From Carpediemonas membranifera BICM (taxonomy: Eukaryota > Protista > Fornicata): a DNA stretch of 64,000 nucleotides. A program made the translations under genes and the position numbers. The stretch's first letter is position 1; each line of letters starts with the position of its first letter. The stretch spans positions 1,483,780 to 1,547,779 of the forward strand of contig JAHDYR010000012.1 of NCBI GenBank assembly GCA_019828565.1, written 5' to 3'. This document shows positions 58,896 to 64,000 of this stretch, in pieces. The notes beneath the pieces were generated by a model that searched no databases, was not told where the DNA came from, and saw only the letters and a program-made list of their open reading frames with translations.

Positions 58896-61800
58896 TGTAG
58901 TCAATATTAATATCTACCAATATCCCTGGGAGGGTCCAAACCTCTTTTTACTCGTAAACACTTTCTCTTCCAAACCACAGTACTAGTACTTACCTATGGG
59001 TAGAGAACAGAAAAAACAAGCGCCGCTCCTGAAAGAGGCAACATTCAGCGCTTTCGTAGCTTTTACGACGTCACTGCGTGACTTTAAGGCTAGAGGAGGT
59101 AAGGCGAAGCTCCGCAAGCTTATAAGCCCGGAGATCCAGTCCTATGCATCACAAGTGCTAGGCTTAGAGACCCTAGAGGAGGTTCCGCTTCCTCAGGGTG
59201 ATCAACATGACGACGAACCTTCCACTTCATCACGCAAGCTCAGAGAGAAGATCATCATGCAGCGACTCGCCGCTGCCTTGCGCCCCACCAGAAAGGAACA
59301 ATGCCTGAACCTTATCAGGCTGCGCATCGCGGCGTTCACGCCGCTCGAGGTGTCGAAGCTCAACTCGCAGTTCAACACCTTGTTGGAGTGCCTTAACATG
59401 GACGAGGATGACACCATTCGTGAAGCCTACTTGCGGGCCTTTGCTGTGAAGGGCCAATCCCTCTACTACAGACTGAAGGAGCAGACTGAGGGTTGCTCAC
59501 TGGCGGAGACCCAGCAATACACCATGAAGACGGCACGCGACGTAGCCGAGTCGGCTGAGTACCTTGCTCCGTTCACCGAGGCGATCCGCTCCGATCAGTC
59601 GCGCCGTCCGACAGCGCCCGTGCCAGGCGCCCATCCGCAACGCGGCCAGAGCCGTAACCAGCGCGACCGTCGTGACCGCCGAGATGACCGCCGAGACCGC
59701 CCCTACGACCGTCGTGACCGCCCACATGACCATCACCGCCCGGACAAGCGGTCCCGCGATCGGGCTCGCCCTACCAGCACGACCCCAACCTGTTACAACT
59801 GCGGGGGCAAGGGCCATTTCAGCCCCGAGTGCCGGAAGCCCAAGTCCAAGTGTGAGAAGTGCGGGCGCGAGGGCCATAAGAGAGAGTTCTGTGACCGTAT
59901 AAAGGTCCAGAACTATTCTTATTTGTCTTGTTTCGCGGCGTCTAGCAAACGCAGAGCGCAGGCTCTTCCGATTGTGTCAGGATCCATATACAGGACCAGC
60001 GCAGAGTCGATGTTGTTCGACTGTGGCGCGTCAGCAACCTTCATATCGCCGCAAGTGGCCGAAAGGTCCGGCGAAAAGATCCTGCATTGTGACCCGGTCG
60101 AGGTGACGACACCGGCTGGAGTCATCACAGTCGACCAGACTATTTCCACCGAAGTAACCTTTGCCAAATCAGCTCTGGTCCCCCGTGGGTGCACCTTTAC
60201 TACTCGTGCGTACCTCCTACCCTCAGAGTACGATCTAATCATTGGGTACCCTGATATGGTCACCCTGGGGATCCTTCCTCAGATTGACGACTGCGAGGAG
60301 TCTGACGCCAATGACGCCGAGCAGGCTGAAGACGTCTCAACGGTCATTACTCCCCAGAAGTTGAGCCTATTCACCTTGTCTGACAAGTCGTCTTCCCTTC
60401 AGGACAGACTGCTCGCGCGGTTTGTCGGCCTGTTCGAGGACAGAGTAGGGCGTCCGAGTAAGCTCATCCCTTACGATCTAGTCTTGTCTGATGATGAACC
60501 CGTCTTTAGCCGCGAGTTCTTCATGCCGCCGGAGAAGAAGACACTTCTCCAGGAACACCTTGACGACCTGTCCCGACATGGCTTCATCCAGCCATCAGCA
60601 TCGGCTTACTCCTCACCGGCATTCTTGGTCCCAAAGGGGAAGGACCGTACCCGGTTCGTTATCGACTTCCGTTTGGTCAACGCGAAGACTCCCCGTTCAA
60701 CTACCCTATCCCGATCATAGAGGATTGTCTAGCTAAGCTCAGGGGTAATACCATCTTTGCTACGCTCGACTGCAAGGCCGGCTACCATCAGGTGGCACTG
60801 ACGGACCGTTCTCGTCCTCTGACCGCCTTCGGGACTCCCCTTGGACGGTTTGAGTACACGACTATGCCCTTTGGTCTGCGTAACGCTGGTTCTCATTTCC
60901 AGTGGGCCATGGAGCAGGCTTTCTCCGACCTGATCTCGGCAGGGAAGTGCCTTATTTACATCGATGACATTATTGTCATGGGTCGGGACGAGCCTTCCTA
61001 CATAAGGAACCTATGGGACGTCCTGAAACGTTGCCAAGAGTATGACCTACACCTAGGTCGCGATAAGTGCGTCTTCGCCGCGGCTGAGGTCGAGTTCCTG
61101 GGTCGACTCGTTTCCGGAGACACCGTGAGGATTGCCGGAGACCGCATCGACGACATTAAGAAGCTGAAACTACCGACCAGCAAGCGGTCCGCACAGGCAC
61201 TCGTCGGTTTCCTCAATTATTTCCGTGACTTCGTGCCCAACTTCGCGTCCCGAGCTCATCCTCTGTTGCAGGTGTCGGCTGGCAAGGCCAAACCCGGTGG
61301 GCCGGGTCAGCAAGCGGCCCTGGGCGACGTTATCGCCGAGCTCCTTAAGCGGGTCTCCCTCGTTCACTTCAAGACGGACGCGACACATGTCCTCATGACC
61401 GATGCCTCAGACGTGGGATGCGGCGCCGTATTACTACAGGACGGGCAGCCGATCGCTTTCATGTCCCACGCATTCTCCGCGGTCCAGACTAGGTGGAGTA
61501 CCACAGAGCAGGAAGCCTACGCAATCATCCTGGCCGTCCAGCGTTGGCGGAAATTCCTCTCGTGGACGCACTTTACCATCCGTACTGATCACCGCAACCT
61601 GCTGTTCATGGCCAAGTCCATCAACCCCAAGGTCCGTAGATGGTACGACCAACTAGCTGACCTCGATTTCACCATACGTCACGTTCCGGGCGTTGACAAC
61701 GGGGCAGCAGATGGCCTTTCTCGCGTGTTCGCTAACACCCTCGATACCCAAGTCGCGGACAGGCTGCAGAAGGCGCATCACTTCGCCGGGGCTCACTTGT

Positions 61801-63092
61801 CCGCCTGGGCGACCAAGAACCTTCTTCGAGACTGGGGCGTACGTGTCCGCCAGAAGGACGTGGACGACTATATCGCCAAGTGCCCAATATGCCAGTTAAG
61901 GCGTAAGCCCCCGGCCTCTTCCGATGCGGGTTTGCACACCGCGGTCGAGCACCCCTTCGACCGAGTGGCCATGGACACTATGTCCGCTACCCCGTGCACG
62001 GTCGACGGCACGACCTATAAGTATATCCTCGTTGTAATAGACATGTGCTCACGTTGGACTGAGCTTGTCCCGCTCCAGACTACCCGAGCGGTCGAGACGT
62101 CCAGGGCGTTTGTCAATAACTGGGTCCTCCGATACGGCGTACCGAAGGTACTGCAGACGGATGGAGGATCCCAGTTCGTCAACGCAGTCTTTAACGACCT
62201 GAGTGCCCGACTCGGGTTTACAACGAGAAAGACGACGGCTCATCATCCCCAGTCGAATGGGTTAGTAGAGCGAGCGAATGTGTCGGTTAAGTCCATCCTG
62301 ACAGCACGTCGTTACCAGTTTAGATCCAATGATTGGGTCCACAGCTTACCGATTGCCCAATACCTTGTTAACTCGACCCCTCGAGTCCCTACTCGACTCT
62401 CCCCAGCCGAGATCCTGTATGGCACCGAGATGCGAGTGCCAAAGGACATTACCGTTATCGCGCCGGGTGAGACGTATATCGTTGACCAGCAAGAGGACTG
62501 GCTGTCCGAGGCCAAGGCGCCCCGGCTCATGGCTGCCGAGCGCATTAAGAGCAAGCGGCTCCTACAGCAGTACAGGCCGGACGCCCGTGCCACGGTTTCG
62601 ACTCCATACATCCTGGTGGCTTACCCCGATCGACCACCCGACAAATTCGCCGCCGGCCTGCGTGGCCCAATGGCACTAGTGTCGGTGCACCAGGAGTACA
62701 ACAAGGTTGTTGCCTATACTGTGCGTGACCTTGAATCTCTGAAGCAGTTCAGGGTCGACGCTTCCCGGGTCCTCCCGTTCGATCACGGCGACATGTCCGT
62801 GGAGCAAGTTACTCGCTTGGCTAACACTGTTGCGGCCGAGTATATACCGAGCAAGATTGTGAAGTCCCGGCCCGACTCCGGTCCGGTCGAGAATCGCGAA
62901 TACTTGGTTGAGTGGCTGGGCTATGAGCCGGACGAAGCTTCGTGGGAGCCATTCGAGAATGTCGATGGCTGTGACAAGTTTGAGGACTTTCTTGAGCAGA
63001 GAGAACTACACCGTGCTGCGCACTCCAGGCAGTAAACGGATTCTCAATCAAGATTTATTGGTAGTCGTCATCGGACTCGTCGTCAGGGCCCT
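58896..63092 (+). mobile_element. Ty3/Gypsy chromovirus I: 84-bp 5' LTR 58896-58979; gag-pol 58996-63035 with a frameshift near 60690; 3' part interrupted by element J
   Basis: two CCHC knuckles, LFDCGAS, YIDD, MTDAS, TDGGSQF, YLVEWLGYEPDEASWEPF. Confidence 0.93.
58979..58990 (+). promoter_or_regulatory. Palindromic PBS-position motif AGTACTAGTACT (element I)
   Basis: perfect palindrome at the 5' LTR boundary. Confidence 0.85.
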
Positions 63093-64000
63093 TGAAGAGA
63101 GAATTCGTTTACTTGGGGAAATCCGCATGGTTGGACCAAAGGTCAATCGTGGTCAAACCCACGTCACTACCCCCTTCGACGAGAAAAACCCACCTGCTAA
63201 AGGAAGGGAAAAGAGGGTACTTAGTACTTGTCGAGGGACTTACGAGCTTTGCGTGCCTTACGCTTGATGATCTCGAGGTGCTTTATGGCACCGAGAGGCT
63301 CGTCGGTCAATTCATCGTAGCCTAGCCACTTGACCCGGGCTGAACCCTTTTTCCAGTCGATAGATACTATATCTTCGACTCTGTACTGCTCCTGATCCGA
63401 CTCAGCTAGCTGCCTCATAAGGTCTTCGCTAACATCAGTCTCGAACGAACTTCATCAGCTTGTCAATATGCGTAGCCTTGAGCCGGTTATCGCTTAGCGA
63501 CATGAGCTTAGCTCTGTTGTTAGGGAGTACCTCTACCACCTTCCACGGACCTGTGTGGGGTGTGTCAAGTTTTTGAGGGGCTTCGTTCTTCCAAAGAACG
63601 TAGTCCCCTGGCTCTAAGCCTGTGGTCTCGATCGGGCTCTGGTGAGGCCCTACTGCCTGTTTTGCCGCCTCTTCGAGGTTAGCCAGGGTGACCTTAAGGT
63701 TTTCGTAGAATCCTTTGTAGTCGAAGACGCCTAGCGTCTCTTCCGACCACAAAGTACTGTCCATTATGTTGTGTGGGTGGCCATAGACCAGCTCGTGGGG
63801 GGTAAATCCCGTGGCCGCCTGCAGTGTACCGTTGATTATCATCCGTACTGTTGGAAGTAGGGTCGACCAGTCGTCCTTAGGAGCGATAGAGAGAGCCATC
63901 CACCTTAGGTGTCTTGCTACCTCGGCGTTACGCCTCTCCGCCAGCCCATTGCTTTGTGGGTGGTAAGGTGTCGTGAAGTGACGGCTGACCCGTAGGGTGT
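63093..64000 (-). mobile_element. 3' end of chromovirus J: integrase tail, chromodomain, PPT and putative 74-bp 3' LTR 63093-63166
   Basis: TPYHPQSNGLAERRN, GPWKV, RVKWLGYDE; PPT GAAGGGGGTAG followed by TGA...TCA; frameshift near 63435. Confidence 0.85.

Noticed and set aside
4581-60720. Programmed gag/pol ribosomal frameshifts in elements A, D, F and I
   Set aside because: The breaks fall at different positions, mostly in homopolymer runs, and the two F copies break at different sites. Sequencing indels or mutations of a single gag-pol ORF are more parsimonious; no conserved slippery heptamer was seen.

Overview
Eukaryotic (protist-like) genomic DNA. A compact, gene-dense core (about 22-30 kb and 39.4-53 kb) has tiny GT-AG introns, mostly 28 nt. 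The intron architecture and gene style suggest a fornicate/metamonad such as a Carpediemonas-like organism; this is inference only. The core is flanked and interrupted by dense clusters of Ty3/Gypsy (chromovirus-type) LTR retrotransposons with very short LTRs (about 75-160 bp). The 1-21.7 kb segment is a Russian-doll nest of at least five LTR elements, a solo LTR and a 3.8-kb TIR DNA element. A tandem dimer of one element sits at 30.1-39.4 kb, and a second nest runs from 53.4 to 64 kb. Host genes include SYS1-like, RPA34-like, RCC1-repeat, ARM-repeat, Cdt2/DTL-like WD40, LEA-like, Qb-SNARE, ankyrin, ZIP transporter, TFIIA large subunit, KIN17 and PH-LRR genes. Main finding: all seven 5' LTRs visible here (six distinct families) lack a tRNA primer-binding site. 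Each instead carries a perfect 10-12 nt palindrome AGT-core-ACT that starts on the last A of the LTR, and the core differs in every family. This points to a tRNA-independent, probably RNA-dimer-based priming system. Some of these elements also carry convergent antisense ORFs or tandem chromodomains.
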